Notes: generated by a model from the sequence alone, not told the origin. 43,805 bases of DNA from an uncultured Candidatus Saccharibacteria bacterium (GCA_964465135.1 CAYXHY010000001.1:1-43805), one strand, 5' to 3'. Shown: positions 28,870 to 38,245, counted from the first letter of the stretch. Translations and numbers: made by a program.

Positions 28870-28898
28870 AACTCTATTTTATGCTAATAAAAAGTCAA
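28870..28898 (-). promoter_or_regulatory. Pilin A leaderless promoter, 11-bp spacer (T5 run)
   Basis: TTGACT 28898-28893; TAAAAT 28881-28876; 6 nt to ATG. Confidence 0.6.
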
Positions 28899-28899
28899 A

Positions 28900-28983
28900 T
28901 TGACTTTTTATAGTGTTTGTGATATAATTAGGATATACGAGTAGAGATGCACACTCGCCGAGTTAGAAGTCGGCGAGTTTTTT
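28900..28983 (+). ncRNA. Candidate ~50-nt small RNA transcription unit (promoter plus terminator)
   Basis: TTGACT 28900-28905, 17 bp ending TGA, TATAAT 28923-28928; hairpin ACTCGCCGA/TCGGCGAGT (28953-28978) with a T run only on the + strand side; no credible ORF. Confidence 0.6.
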
Positions 28984-28990
28984 ATTTGTT

Positions 28991-29629
28991 TTAGCCGTCG
29001 ATACAATAGACTCCGCCACTTTCTAGTCCTATCATTAAAGCGTATCTATTTAAATACGTAAATGCTCCATAGCCACTCTCACTTAATTGCTCAATATCTC
29101 CATTATCGGAGCACTTGGATCGACCGTATTGGAATATCCAGACGTCAGTTCCCGTTTCGGTGTATTGAGGCCTCATATTGTATCTCGTAGGACCAGACGG
29201 TTGAGTGATCCTGAGGTGGTAGCTTCGACCAGACGGGTCTCTTTTAGGTATATCATAAGTATAAAACTCGTTATTACTCATAACAGCAAATTTCAAGGGT
29301 ATTGTACCGTCGGTAAGCCGGTAGGGTATTCTTCCTTTATTATTAGCTTTATATCTTTCAAAAGCATCTTTTAGCAAAGATAAATCTTGCTTCCTCTGTG
29401 CATCTCTCTGATTCCGTTGCAAAGCCGGTAACGCAACAAAAACCATTAAGAAAATCAGTCCCGCAATCGCCAAAACTAATACCACCTCTATAATTGTAAA
29501 GGCGTTAGTTTGTGAAGAACTATTCCATCTTCTATTTAAGGCTGGTAAAGCCTGGGCTAGCGCCCTCGAGCGCCTGCCTTGAAGAGAATGATGGTTTAGT
29601 TCTGGATTGAGAGTTTTATTTTTAAACAT
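28991..29629 (-). CDS. Type IV pilin-like protein B (long leader peptide)
   Basis: A|FTIIEVVLVLAIAGLIFLMVFVALPALQRNQRD; C-terminus LESGGVYC. Confidence 0.92.
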   Translation of the reverse strand: MFKNKTLNPELNHHSLQGRRSRALAQALPALNRRWNSSSQTNAFTIIEVVLVLAIAGLIFLMVFVALPALQRNQRDAQRKQDLSLLKDAFERYKANNKGRIPYRLTDGTIPLKFAVMSNNEFYTYDIPKRDPSGRSYHLRITQPSGPTRYNMRPQYTETGTDVWIFQYGRSKCSDNGDIEQLSESGYGAFTYLNRYALMIGLESGGVYCIDG

Positions 29630-29661
29630 AACCTAATTCTACTATAAAAAAACTAAGTCAA
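29630..29661 (-). promoter_or_regulatory. Pilin B leaderless promoter, 14-bp spacer (T7 run)
   Basis: TTGACT 29661-29656; T7 29652-29646; TAGAAT 29641-29636; 6 nt to ATG. Confidence 0.7.
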
Positions 29662-29664
29662 GCC

Positions 29665-29696
29665 AAAAACAGGCCTCACTTCAACGCAAGGCCTGT
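29665..29696 (-). terminator. Intrinsic terminator after the yqeY-like gene
   Basis: ACAGGCCT...AGGCCTGT followed by a T run on the minus strand. Confidence 0.7.
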
Positions 29697-29717
29697 AAAT
29701 AGAAGTTAAAATGCAAT

Positions 29718-30155
29718 TTATTGCAATTTAGCTTTCACAATTTGCGAAAGTAACGCGCCATCAACGCTCGCCCCAAGTTTACCTTTAATTTCACCGATAA
29801 TTCGCCCCATATTCTTCATATCTTTACCGATTTCGGCAACTTTTTCGTCTACCAACTTAGCCAAATCTTCTTCCGATACCATTTCTGGCAAATATTTTTG
29901 TAAAACTTCGGCTTCTTTTAGTTCATTTTCAGCACGCGCTTCATCTAGCATACTGGCGGCTTCTTTACGTTTTTTTACTTCTCTTGCCAAGATTTTTTCA
30001 ATTTCAGCATCAGTTAAACCTTCGTCGCGCTTGCCAGATTTTACCTCTTCATCCAAGATTGCCGATTTCAATCCACGCAAAACATTAGTTGTAAAAGCAT
30101 CACGCGCAAGCATTGCAGTTTTTAGATCTGCTGTAATTTTAGTTTTTAGTTCCAT
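29718..30155 (-). CDS. GatB/YqeY domain protein
   Basis: DLKTAMLARD, REVKKRKEA, LQKYLP, KNMGRII; downstream of rpsU as is usual. Confidence 0.9.
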   Translation of the reverse strand: MELKTKITADLKTAMLARDAFTTNVLRGLKSAILDEEVKSGKRDEGLTDAEIEKILAREVKKRKEAASMLDEARAENELKEAEVLQKYLPEMVSEEDLAKLVDEKVAEIGKDMKNMGRIIGEIKGKLGASVDGALLSQIVKAKLQ

Positions 30156-30212
30156 ATTTCTCCTTTTTTACTAAAACAAAAACAGCTGACCGAGGCCAGC
30201 TGAATCTGATAT

Positions 30213-30431
30213 TTAGCGAATACCTAATCGCATTTTGTTTAGCTTTTCAGCTTTGCGCTCGTTGCGAATGATCGCTTTTTTGCGGCGCTCAGTCTTACTG
30301 ATCGGCTTTTGAAAGCGCATAGAAGACTTAGCTTCGCTCAAAACTCCACTCTGCAAAACCTTTCGATTGAAGCGACGAATGATGTTTTCGTTAGCTTCCT
30401 TCTGGTCTTTTCGTGTTACTTGTATACTCAT
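30213..30431 (-). CDS. rpsU: 30S ribosomal protein S21
   Basis: ENIIRRFNRKV...GVLSE...RFQKP; synteny with yqeY. Confidence 0.85.
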   Translation of the reverse strand: MSIQVTRKDQKEANENIIRRFNRKVLQSGVLSEAKSSMRFQKPISKTERRKKAIIRNERKAEKLNKMRLGIR

Positions 30432-30464
30432 ATACTTCCATTATATCACTTTTAGCGCGCGAAA

Positions 30465-31505
30465 TCAAGCTTTTGACTGCTTGGAATAAAAATCAATCCA
30501 CTGACTCAATAGAGACGATTCCGAGTACTCTTTTGCGATACTAGAAGACTTTTTGGCTAGATCGTTGAGAATTTTAGGATTTTTAACAATTTCTTTGATT
30601 TTTTTGTCCATTTCGGACAGATCTTGCGCTGGTAAATATTTCCCTTTCAAGATAACTTTGTACAGATCTAAATCACGCAGCATAATTGGCGCGCCACAGC
30701 TAGCGGCCTCTAGAATCGTCATCGGAAAGAGTTCATTGAAACTTGGCAGCAAAAACAAATCCACGGCGCCATAAAGATCAGCCATTTTCTCGCGATCAAT
30801 AATCCCTAGAAAATTTAGATTTTTTGGAGGATTTTCCATCATTTTTTTGTATTTTTCATATCCGTCGGTAATTTTACCAAAAGAAAATCCACCCGCCCAA
30901 ATAAATTTTACACCTGGATTCAATTTGGCCAATTTAACAAAATCATCAATTCCCTTGCGCTGCTGCACCTGGCCAGCACCCATCACGACGGTCTGATTAT
31001 CGCTAAATCCCATTTCGGAACGAACTTTTTGACGCTCAGCCTTTTTTAACTTATGCCATTTGTCCTTGCTAACAAAATTCGGAATGTAAGTAATCTTCTC
31101 TCTGGGAATTCCAAAGCGCACCAAATCCTCGATAAAACTAGGGTTCACAACTACCAGATGATCCATATGGCCATAAAAACTAGTTAGGTATTTATTAAAA
31201 ATCATCCGTGCCGGTTTTGGTAATCTCAAACTACCTTCTAGAGTTTCAGGTAAAAAATGAACATAACCAATTGTTCGCCCGACTCGCTTTTTATTAAAAG
31301 TCGTCAGATAAAAATTAAAGTCAACCGTGTGATAATGTGTAATATCCGCTTTAATACGCTTATTTTCATGGATTTCAAGCTCACCCTTAGCATCTCGCTT
31401 CAGCAGGTTTATTAGCTCCCGATAAGCGCCCGAAACACCTTGCCCTGCTACCTTTTCCGAAGAGCTCAACATATTAACTGCAATTTTTTGATTCTCTTTA
31501 CTCAT
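30465..31505 (-). CDS. GT4 glycosyltransferase, CpoA-like diglycosyl-diacylglycerol synthase
   Basis: NMLSSSEKVAGQGVSGAYREL, GYVHFLPETLEGSL, ELFPMTILEA (E-x7-E); ATG 31505 lies 6 nt after TATAAT. Confidence 0.85.
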   Translation of the reverse strand: MSKENQKIAVNMLSSSEKVAGQGVSGAYRELINLLKRDAKGELEIHENKRIKADITHYHTVDFNFYLTTFNKKRVGRTIGYVHFLPETLEGSLRLPKPARMIFNKYLTSFYGHMDHLVVVNPSFIEDLVRFGIPREKITYIPNFVSKDKWHKLKKAERQKVRSEMGFSDNQTVVMGAGQVQQRKGIDDFVKLAKLNPGVKFIWAGGFSFGKITDGYEKYKKMMENPPKNLNFLGIIDREKMADLYGAVDLFLLPSFNELFPMTILEAASCGAPIMLRDLDLYKVILKGKYLPAQDLSEMDKKIKEIVKNPKILNDLAKKSSSIAKEYSESSLLSQWIDFYSKQSKA

Positions 31506-31512
31506 ACTAAAA

Positions 31513-33147
31513 TTATAGCCCATTTTCTGTGATATGCAAAATCATACCCTCTACAGATCTACGACCGCGCCATTCATTTAGACCTAAATTAAACATTACA
31601 TCGACAATTTCGCCCGGTTCAAACACAAATTCGCTCGGCGCATTAAATTTAATCATTTTAATTTCATTTTTACCATCTGTAAAAGTATATTTTATGTGCT
31701 GTTTTTTGTCGCCCATATCCTGGCGATGCTTAACGATGAGATTTTTCACAGTAAATATCGGCTCTTCATTTCCCGGACCAAATGGTTCAAGCTGCTGGAT
31801 TTTACTGTATAATTCAAAGGTCAATGGCGACAAATCATCAAGCACAACATCTGGTGCCGGCAAAAGCTTAGCTAGCTGATTTTTGAGATTTAAGGACTTA
31901 TAAAATTCATTCACCAGCTTGCGAAAATCGTCAATTTTATCAGCTGGTAGAGTTACGCCGGCCGCCGCATCATGACCGCCGCCTTTAATAACCACATCTT
32001 CGGCCGCATGAACTGCCTGGCTAGCCGAAAAATCGCCAAAACTACGCGCGCTACCTTTGGCAATTTCACCCTCAATACTTATCACAAAAACCGGCTTTTT
32101 GAATTTATCCACCAAGCCAGACGCCACGATACCAATCACGCCCTCATTAAAACTCTTATCTGCAACTACCAAAACCGGGTCATTCTTATAATTTTCCGCT
32201 AATTTTATAGCTTTTTTAAGCGATTTTTGCTGTAAATCGCGGCGTTTTTTATTGAGTGCAAAGAGTTGGTTGGATTTTTCTAGCGCCAGCAAACCATCAC
32301 TTTCAAAAACCAAATCTAATGCCTTTTCGGCAGTTTCTAGCCGCCCAGCAGAGTTAATCATTGGCCCCAAAACAAAACCGAGGGTAGAAGTTGAGATATT
32401 TTCAGTATTAGTAGCTACCAACATCGCCTTAATACCAGGGCGACGAGTTTTCTTAAGAACTTCAAGACCCCAGTAAACATTCTGGCGATTTTCACCTTTC
32501 ATCGGTACAATATCGCACACCGTACCAAGTGCCACTAAGTCAAGTAGCCATTTTTCATGACCATTTTCTAAACCTGACAAATGAGCACTCAAAGCCTGTG
32601 CCAGCTTAAACGCCACCCCCACACCAGCAAAAATATTAGCTTCAGGATATTTATTTTCTGGCCGCTGCGGGTTGACTACCGCTATCGCCTCTGGCTGGAC
32701 TTCGGCAATATTATGATGGTCCGTCACGACCACATCAATACCCAAATTATTTGCAAGCTCGATTTCTTTATGATTCAAGCTACCGCAGTCAACCGTAACA
32801 ATCAAATCCGTACCGCGCTCATGAATCAGCCCAACCGCTCGCTCGCTTATGCCGTAGCCATCAACAAATCTATCCGGCAAAAAGAAGTCAACATTCTCAA
32901 AACCAAACTTTTCAAACGCGTCCAGTAAAAGCGCACTAGAAGTTACACCGTCAACATCATAATCACCATAAATTGTAATTTTTTCTTGATTTTTATGAGC
33001 TTTCAGTAGTCTTTTAACGGCTTTTTCCATATCTGGAAGCAAAAAAGGATCGTGTTGATTTTCATATTTAGGGTTTAAAAAATCTATCAATCCAGCGCAA
33101 TCAATTTTACGCTTATTTAAAATAATTTCAAAAATTTTATCAGTCAA
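31513..33147 (-). CDS. recJ: Single-stranded-DNA exonuclease RecJ
   Basis: IYGDYDVDG, VTVDCG, TDHH, GTVCDIVP, GGGHDAAAG; TTG start. Confidence 0.95.
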   Translation of the reverse strand: MTDKIFEIILNKRKIDCAGLIDFLNPKYENQHDPFLLPDMEKAVKRLLKAHKNQEKITIYGDYDVDGVTSSALLLDAFEKFGFENVDFFLPDRFVDGYGISERAVGLIHERGTDLIVTVDCGSLNHKEIELANNLGIDVVVTDHHNIAEVQPEAIAVVNPQRPENKYPEANIFAGVGVAFKLAQALSAHLSGLENGHEKWLLDLVALGTVCDIVPMKGENRQNVYWGLEVLKKTRRPGIKAMLVATNTENISTSTLGFVLGPMINSAGRLETAEKALDLVFESDGLLALEKSNQLFALNKKRRDLQQKSLKKAIKLAENYKNDPVLVVADKSFNEGVIGIVASGLVDKFKKPVFVISIEGEIAKGSARSFGDFSASQAVHAAEDVVIKGGGHDAAAGVTLPADKIDDFRKLVNEFYKSLNLKNQLAKLLPAPDVVLDDLSPLTFELYSKIQQLEPFGPGNEEPIFTVKNLIVKHRQDMGDKKQHIKYTFTDGKNEIKMIKFNAPSEFVFEPGEIVDVMFNLGLNEWRGRRSVEGMILHITENGL

Positions 33148-33169
33148 TTAAAACCCCTTAAAATAGTCT

Positions 33170-33508
33170 CTATCGAACGTTAGTTCGATTTACAGATGAA
33201 TCGGCCGCAATTCGGCGAGCGCCGCGCGATACAGTTTGTTGATCTCTCAACTTTATTACAATCGTTTGAAGTTCTTTAAAAATCAAAAAGTTAATATTAA
33301 CCGAGTAAACAAAAGTATTCTTTTTCTTCTCTACATTCAAAAAACCAGCTTTTTGCAACTTATGAAGCTCGCGCTGAATATTCCCCGGATCCTCTTTGAT
33401 CAGCTTAGCTAATCCGCGCACATGCATCTTAATAGCTGGATAGGTTACAAAAAAAACAACTATCTTACGTCGAACCCTCGATGTGATAAAAATATCCAAA
33501 TCAATCAT
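33170..33508 (-). CDS. Winged-helix DNA-binding protein
   Basis: HVRGLAKLIKEDPGNIQRELHKLQKAGFL helix-turn-helix followed by a beta wing. Confidence 0.75.
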   Translation of the reverse strand: MIDLDIFITSRVRRKIVVFFVTYPAIKMHVRGLAKLIKEDPGNIQRELHKLQKAGFLNVEKKKNTFVYSVNINFLIFKELQTIVIKLRDQQTVSRGARRIAADSSVNRTNVR

Positions 33509-33565
33509 TATACTTATTCTTTCATTTACTATTCTACTTGATTTTTTACTTTTTTACAACAACCA

Positions 33566-34222
33566 TTATTGCCAGTTTAAAATAATATCGTTAATTTTCC
33601 TGACCGACTCCTCATGACTAGGAATATCATTATCGTCATAATAGTGGTTTGTATCTAGATAATTAGCTTTTACATCAAGCACATGAATTTCGTCGGCAGT
33701 AATATACAAGCGGTCAATCGCTGAAACACTTGCGACCGGCGAAATTACAATCAATTTTTTATAGCGAACCGGCTTTAAAAAATCAATCGCCACATCAATA
33801 GAAGACTGATCGCTTAGCCCATCACTCACCAAAATAATATTGCGATCTCTTAGTAAATCAAGTTCAACCGTTCCACCCTCACCAAGCAGGCGGTTGATTT
33901 TTTGGAAACTTTCTCGCTTTCGCTGCTCAAAATAGCCAAAGAATTCATTTTGGTAGCCGTCAAATTCACCTTGTGTCATAAAAGAATTGCGTACAAAATT
34001 ACCATTCTGCGAAACGCCACCAATCATTAAACCCTCGCCAGGAATCTCAATATCTTCACTAACAATCATCGTCAATACGCTGTGCAAACGCGCCGCAACT
34101 GGTTCACCCACTAAAATTCCGCCATCATTTAAGGCCACCACCGCGCAATCTTCAAAGCGATATTTTTCAAATAATTCACTGGCTATTTTTTCACCAGCCT
34201 CCGCCCTACTTTCAAAATACAT
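33566..34222 (-). CDS. Phosphoribosyltransferase-family protein (degenerate motifs)
   Basis: FESRAEAGEKIA N-terminus, IILVSDGL PRPP-loop-like motif. Confidence 0.75.
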   Translation of the reverse strand: MYFESRAEAGEKIASELFEKYRFEDCAVVALNDGGILVGEPVAARLHSVLTMIVSEDIEIPGEGLMIGGVSQNGNFVRNSFMTQGEFDGYQNEFFGYFEQRKRESFQKINRLLGEGGTVELDLLRDRNIILVSDGLSDQSSIDVAIDFLKPVRYKKLIVISPVASVSAIDRLYITADEIHVLDVKANYLDTNHYYDDNDIPSHEESVRKINDIILNWQ

Positions 34223-34249
34223 ACTCTTATTCTATAATAAAAAGTGAAT

Positions 34250-36211
34250 ATGCGCTACTATGAAATTGCACCAACTAAAATTATCCGCTCCGGCAGCGAT
34301 TTTTTCACTTATCATTCTGACGAGGACTTGACTGTGGGGCAAATTGTCGAAATTCCCGTGGGCAAAAAACAAGCCATTGGTGTGGTTTGGTGCGAGGTAA
34401 AAAAGCCTAAATTTGAAACTCGCGCGATTAGCAATATTGTGGAAGCACAGCCAATTCCGGCACATTTAATAAGTCTTACTGACTGGATCAGTCAATATTA
34501 CGGTACGCCGCTGGCTCAAGTTTTGAGCGGAATTTTGCCTAGTGGAGTCCAAAAAACTAGGCGAAAATTGGCCGAAAAAGTGGGCGAACCATCTGTTAAA
34601 TACGATCGAACAAATTTTTTATTCACTACTGATCAGCGAGCTGCGATACAAGAACTAGATAACATAAAATCTGGCACGGTTATTCTGCACGGAAAAACTG
34701 GTTCGGGCAAAACCGCCGTTTATATTGACCAAGCTAAAAAAATTATCGATAGCGGAAAATCAGTTATTTTGCTAGTGCCAGAAATTGCACTAACTTCACA
34801 ATTAGTCAAAAACTTCGAGCAAACTTTTGATAACATAAAACTGATCCACTCCCGAATGACCGAAGCCGAACGTCACAAAGTTTGGCTAAAAACATTAAAC
34901 GACCAAACTCCGCAGGTGGTTATTGGCGCTCGCTCCGCCCTGTTTTCACCTATACAAAATCTGGGGCTAATAATTATTGACGAAGCCCACGAGCCAAGCT
35001 TCAAACAAGAACAAACGCCAAAATATTCCGCCTTGCGGACTAGTAGTTTTTTGGCTCGTACCCTTGAAATTAAAACAATTCTAGGCTCAGCCACGCCGCT
35101 CGTAGAAGATTATTTCTTAGCCGAAAAATCCGCCAAGAATAGCCAAACTCCGATTATTAAAATGACTAAACTTGCAAAATCAAGCGCCAAACCACCCAAG
35201 ATTGAGCTCGTAGACCTAACTAAAAAACATAATTTATCCAAACACCGGTTTTTCTCAAACCAATTATTGAAGCAAATTTCGGCAAACCTAGATCAAAACA
35301 AACAGGTCTTGATTTATCATAACCGCCGTGGTAGCGCCAGTATCACCACTTGCCACGAATGTGGCTGGACGGCACTATGCTCGCATTGTTTCTTACCTAT
35401 GACGCTACATATAGATAAACATAAATTAGTTTGCCATGTTTGTGGTCAGCAAGAAAAGATCCCGACTGCTTGCCCGGTTTGCGGTGAAGCCGAAATCATT
35501 CACAAAGGCATCGGAACCAAAATGATTGAAGACGAGATTCGTAAGCTCTTCCCTGGTAAAAATATTGCCAGATTCGACGCCGACAGCGAAAAAGATCAAA
35601 CTGTTGATAAACTTTATGATGAAATTGTCAGTGGCGAAATTGACATTATTATCGGTACGCAGGTCATAGCTAAAGGTCTAGATATGCCAAAATTGCAAAC
35701 CGTGGGCGTAGTTCAGGCTGATGCCGGGTTAGCGCTGCCAGACTTCACCTCTAGCGAGCGCAATTTCCAGTTGCTAGCCCAAGTAATCGGCCGAGTTGGT
35801 CGGCACGCTAGCGATACAAATGTTATCGTGCAGACATATCAGCCCGACAGCCCATCGATTCAGTTCGGTATCAAACAAGATTACGACGGCTTTTACGCAC
35901 ACGAGATCGCCGTTCGCGAAAAAACCAACTTCCCGCCGTTTGTTTACATGCTAAAACTCACTTGTGTCTACAAAACCGAACGCTCTGCCATCAAAAACGC
36001 CCGCACCGAGACCACTGCAATTCGCGCTAAATTCGGCCGAAACGTCCAAATTCTAGGTCCAACCCCAGCATTTTACGAACGAGTTGGCGAAACTTACCGC
36101 TGGCAAATCATTATTAAAAGCAAAAAACGCGGCGACCTACAAAAAATCGCCGCAGAATTCACCAGCAAACCACACTGGCGAGTGGATATTGACCCGCCGA
36201 GTCTACTGTAG
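34250..36211 (+). CDS. priA: Primosomal protein N' (helicase)
   Basis: GKTGSGKT, IIDEAHE, four CxxC pairs, GTQVIAKGLD, QVIGRVGR; start GTG 34244 or ATG 34250. Confidence 0.96.
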   Translation: MRYYEIAPTKIIRSGSDFFTYHSDEDLTVGQIVEIPVGKKQAIGVVWCEVKKPKFETRAISNIVEAQPIPAHLISLTDWISQYYGTPLAQVLSGILPSGVQKTRRKLAEKVGEPSVKYDRTNFLFTTDQRAAIQELDNIKSGTVILHGKTGSGKTAVYIDQAKKIIDSGKSVILLVPEIALTSQLVKNFEQTFDNIKLIHSRMTEAERHKVWLKTLNDQTPQVVIGARSALFSPIQNLGLIIIDEAHEPSFKQEQTPKYSALRTSSFLARTLEIKTILGSATPLVEDYFLAEKSAKNSQTPIIKMTKLAKSSAKPPKIELVDLTKKHNLSKHRFFSNQLLKQISANLDQNKQVLIYHNRRGSASITTCHECGWTALCSHCFLPMTLHIDKHKLVCHVCGQQEKIPTACPVCGEAEIIHKGIGTKMIEDEIRKLFPGKNIARFDADSEKDQTVDKLYDEIVSGEIDIIIGTQVIAKGLDMPKLQTVGVVQADAGLALPDFTSSERNFQLLAQVIGRVGRHASDTNVIVQTYQPDSPSIQFGIKQDYDGFYAHEIAVREKTNFPPFVYMLKLTCVYKTERSAIKNARTETTAIRAKFGRNVQILGPTPAFYERVGETYRWQIIIKSKKRGDLQKIAAEFTSKPHWRVDIDPPSLL

Positions 36212-36284
36212 ATTAAACCTCGATAGACCAGGAAAAGTGCTAACAGATTGAATTATCCTCAAAAAAGTGCTATAATATACCCTA

Positions 36285-36872
36285 ATGAAAAAAGAAGATA
36301 TTATTACTTTGCCAAATGTACATTTACGCCAAAAAGCTGAGCGTGTTCATGTGATTACAGATGAAATTTTAGAGATTATCGACCAAATGGTTGAGGCTAG
36401 CTTAGACTGGGAAAAGGCTCATCCGCACGAGATTTCGGCCGCGATTGCTGCGCCACAAATCGACAAAATGTACAAAATTATTATTGTCCGTAGCGATTTA
36501 GATGACAAAACTAACCAAGATTTCACTGCCCTAATTAACCCTGAAGTCGTAAAATTCGAAGGCGATATAATTGAAGATTTTGAGGGCTGCCTCTCTATTA
36601 CCGGAATTTACGGCCGTGTACCGCGCCACGAAAAAGTACGCGTCAAAGCGCTAGATATTTACGGTAATGAAGTACGAATCAAGGCCGACGGCTTTTTAGC
36701 TCGAGTTTTGCAACACGAAATTGACCACACCAACGGCATCGTATTTATCGATCACATCTGCGACAAACAAGACGCTTTTTACACCTTAGATGACAACGGC
36801 GAGCTGCAACCATTAGATTACAAAAAAGACATAGAAAACAATTCTGACCTCTGGGACGATCTCGAAGATTAG
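36285..36872 (+). CDS. def: Peptide deformylase
   Basis: AAPQI, EGCLS, QHEIDH. Confidence 0.95.
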   Translation: MKKEDIITLPNVHLRQKAERVHVITDEILEIIDQMVEASLDWEKAHPHEISAAIAAPQIDKMYKIIIVRSDLDDKTNQDFTALINPEVVKFEGDIIEDFEGCLSITGIYGRVPRHEKVRVKALDIYGNEVRIKADGFLARVLQHEIDHTNGIVFIDHICDKQDAFYTLDDNGELQPLDYKKDIENNSDLWDDLED

Positions 36873-36904
36873 CTTTTATCTTAATATTTTGATAGAATTA
36901 AATT

Positions 36905-37789
36905 ATGAATAAACCAATTATTTTCTTTGGTACGGAGGATTTTTCAGCCACGGCGCTAGAGAAATTAATTGAAGACGGCTTCGATATTGTAGGTGTTATT
37001 ACTAAACCTGACTCCAAAAAGGGTCGCGGGCAGAAGATTTCGATGCCAAAGGTTAAAGAAATTGCTCTACTTTGCCAAATTCCAGTATTACAGCCACAAA
37101 AAATGAGCGAAATTGTTGATTTTATCCAACAATTTGAACAGCCAGCTGGCGTGTTAGTGTCGTTCGGCCGGATAATTCCACAAAATATTATCGATTTATT
37201 TACGCCCGGAATTATCAATCTGCACCCTTCCTTGCTGCCAAAATATCGCGGCCCTAGCCCAATCGAATCGGCAATTTTGAACGGCGACCAAGAAACTGGC
37301 ATATCGATTATGCAACTTTCTGCCAAAATGGATGCTGGCCCAGTTTACTACCAAAAAACTATCCCACTTAGCGATAGTGAAAAATCAAGCGACTTATATG
37401 AGACCACCGCTAAAATTGGCTCTGAAGCCCTTTCAGAAACCCTACCAGCGATTTTAAGCGAAAAAATGATTCCCAACCCACAAGATGACACTAAAGCTAC
37501 ATATTGCAAATTATTATCCAAAAAAGACAGCTTAATAGATCCCACCAAACTAACAGCCAATGAGGCCGAAAGGCAAGTTCGCGCCCATGAAGTCTTCCCT
37601 AAAACCAAGCTCGAAATTAACGATTTTCTATGCATAATAAAAGAGGCTAGTGTCATAGACGCCCCGCATCCACCTACCCCTCTCGAGATAAAGTTTAAAG
37701 ATGGCAAATATCTATCCGTCACACAACTAATTACGCCAAATGGCAAACAAGCAGACGCTAAAAGTTTCATAAATGGCTACCTAAAATAA
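36905..37789 (+). CDS. fmt: Methionyl-tRNA formyltransferase
   Basis: IFFGTEDF, NLHPSLLPKYRGPSP, MDAGP; follows def. Confidence 0.96.
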   Translation: MNKPIIFFGTEDFSATALEKLIEDGFDIVGVITKPDSKKGRGQKISMPKVKEIALLCQIPVLQPQKMSEIVDFIQQFEQPAGVLVSFGRIIPQNIIDLFTPGIINLHPSLLPKYRGPSPIESAILNGDQETGISIMQLSAKMDAGPVYYQKTIPLSDSEKSSDLYETTAKIGSEALSETLPAILSEKMIPNPQDDTKATYCKLLSKKDSLIDPTKLTANEAERQVRAHEVFPKTKLEINDFLCIIKEASVIDAPHPPTPLEIKFKDGKYLSVTQLITPNGKQADAKSFINGYLK

Positions 37790-37819
37790 TATCACTCAGA
37801 TAAATGAGTGATATTATTT
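37785..37819. terminator. Bidirectional terminator
   Basis: AATAATATCACTCA...TGAGTGATATTATT between convergent genes. Confidence 0.7.
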
Positions 37820-37831
37820 TATTATCAAGCC

Positions 37832-38245
37832 TTAGCCTAGAATTCTATCGGTGTTTGATCGTAGTTCGCTCTTCATTTCGTCAACCACAGTAGCGATAAT
37901 TTGCGTAAAATCTGGACGATTTATAGACAACCACTTCATAGCTGCGTATTCTGACAGAATCCGCCCTTCACCAGCCTCTTGAGATTGCGCTTTTAATGCC
38001 TTAAAAATCTCATCTTCGGTGTAATTAGGTGAATTTTTCGACAGCCACTCCGCTACATATCCAGGGATATTATCGATAATATTCTCAAATTCCTGCATTT
38101 TTTCAACAGTCATACCGTCAGCGATACGTTCACCTATGCGAACTTGTATCTCCTCTTGGATATGCTCTTTAAATGAAGCTTTTTCGGCTTCCGGCATATC
38201 ACTTAAACCAATCTCATCAAAAAATCTATCGTCTAATTCAAACAT
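37832..38245 (-). CDS. Conserved hypothetical protein, DUF5663-like
   Basis: FELDDRFFDEIGLSDMP...EEIQVRIGERI resembles the Patescibacteria DUF5663 family (recalled, not searched). Confidence 0.7.
   Translation of the reverse strand: MFELDDRFFDEIGLSDMPEAEKASFKEHIQEEIQVRIGERIADGMTVEKMQEFENIIDNIPGYVAEWLSKNSPNYTEDEIFKALKAQSQEAGEGRILSEYAAMKWLSINRPDFTQIIATVVDEMKSELRSNTDRILG

Noticed and set aside
29631-29660. ATAAAAAAACTAA resembling a preQ1-I riboswitch tail
   Set aside because: No preceding P1 stem-loop and no downstream + strand gene; it is the complement of the pilin B promoter spacer.
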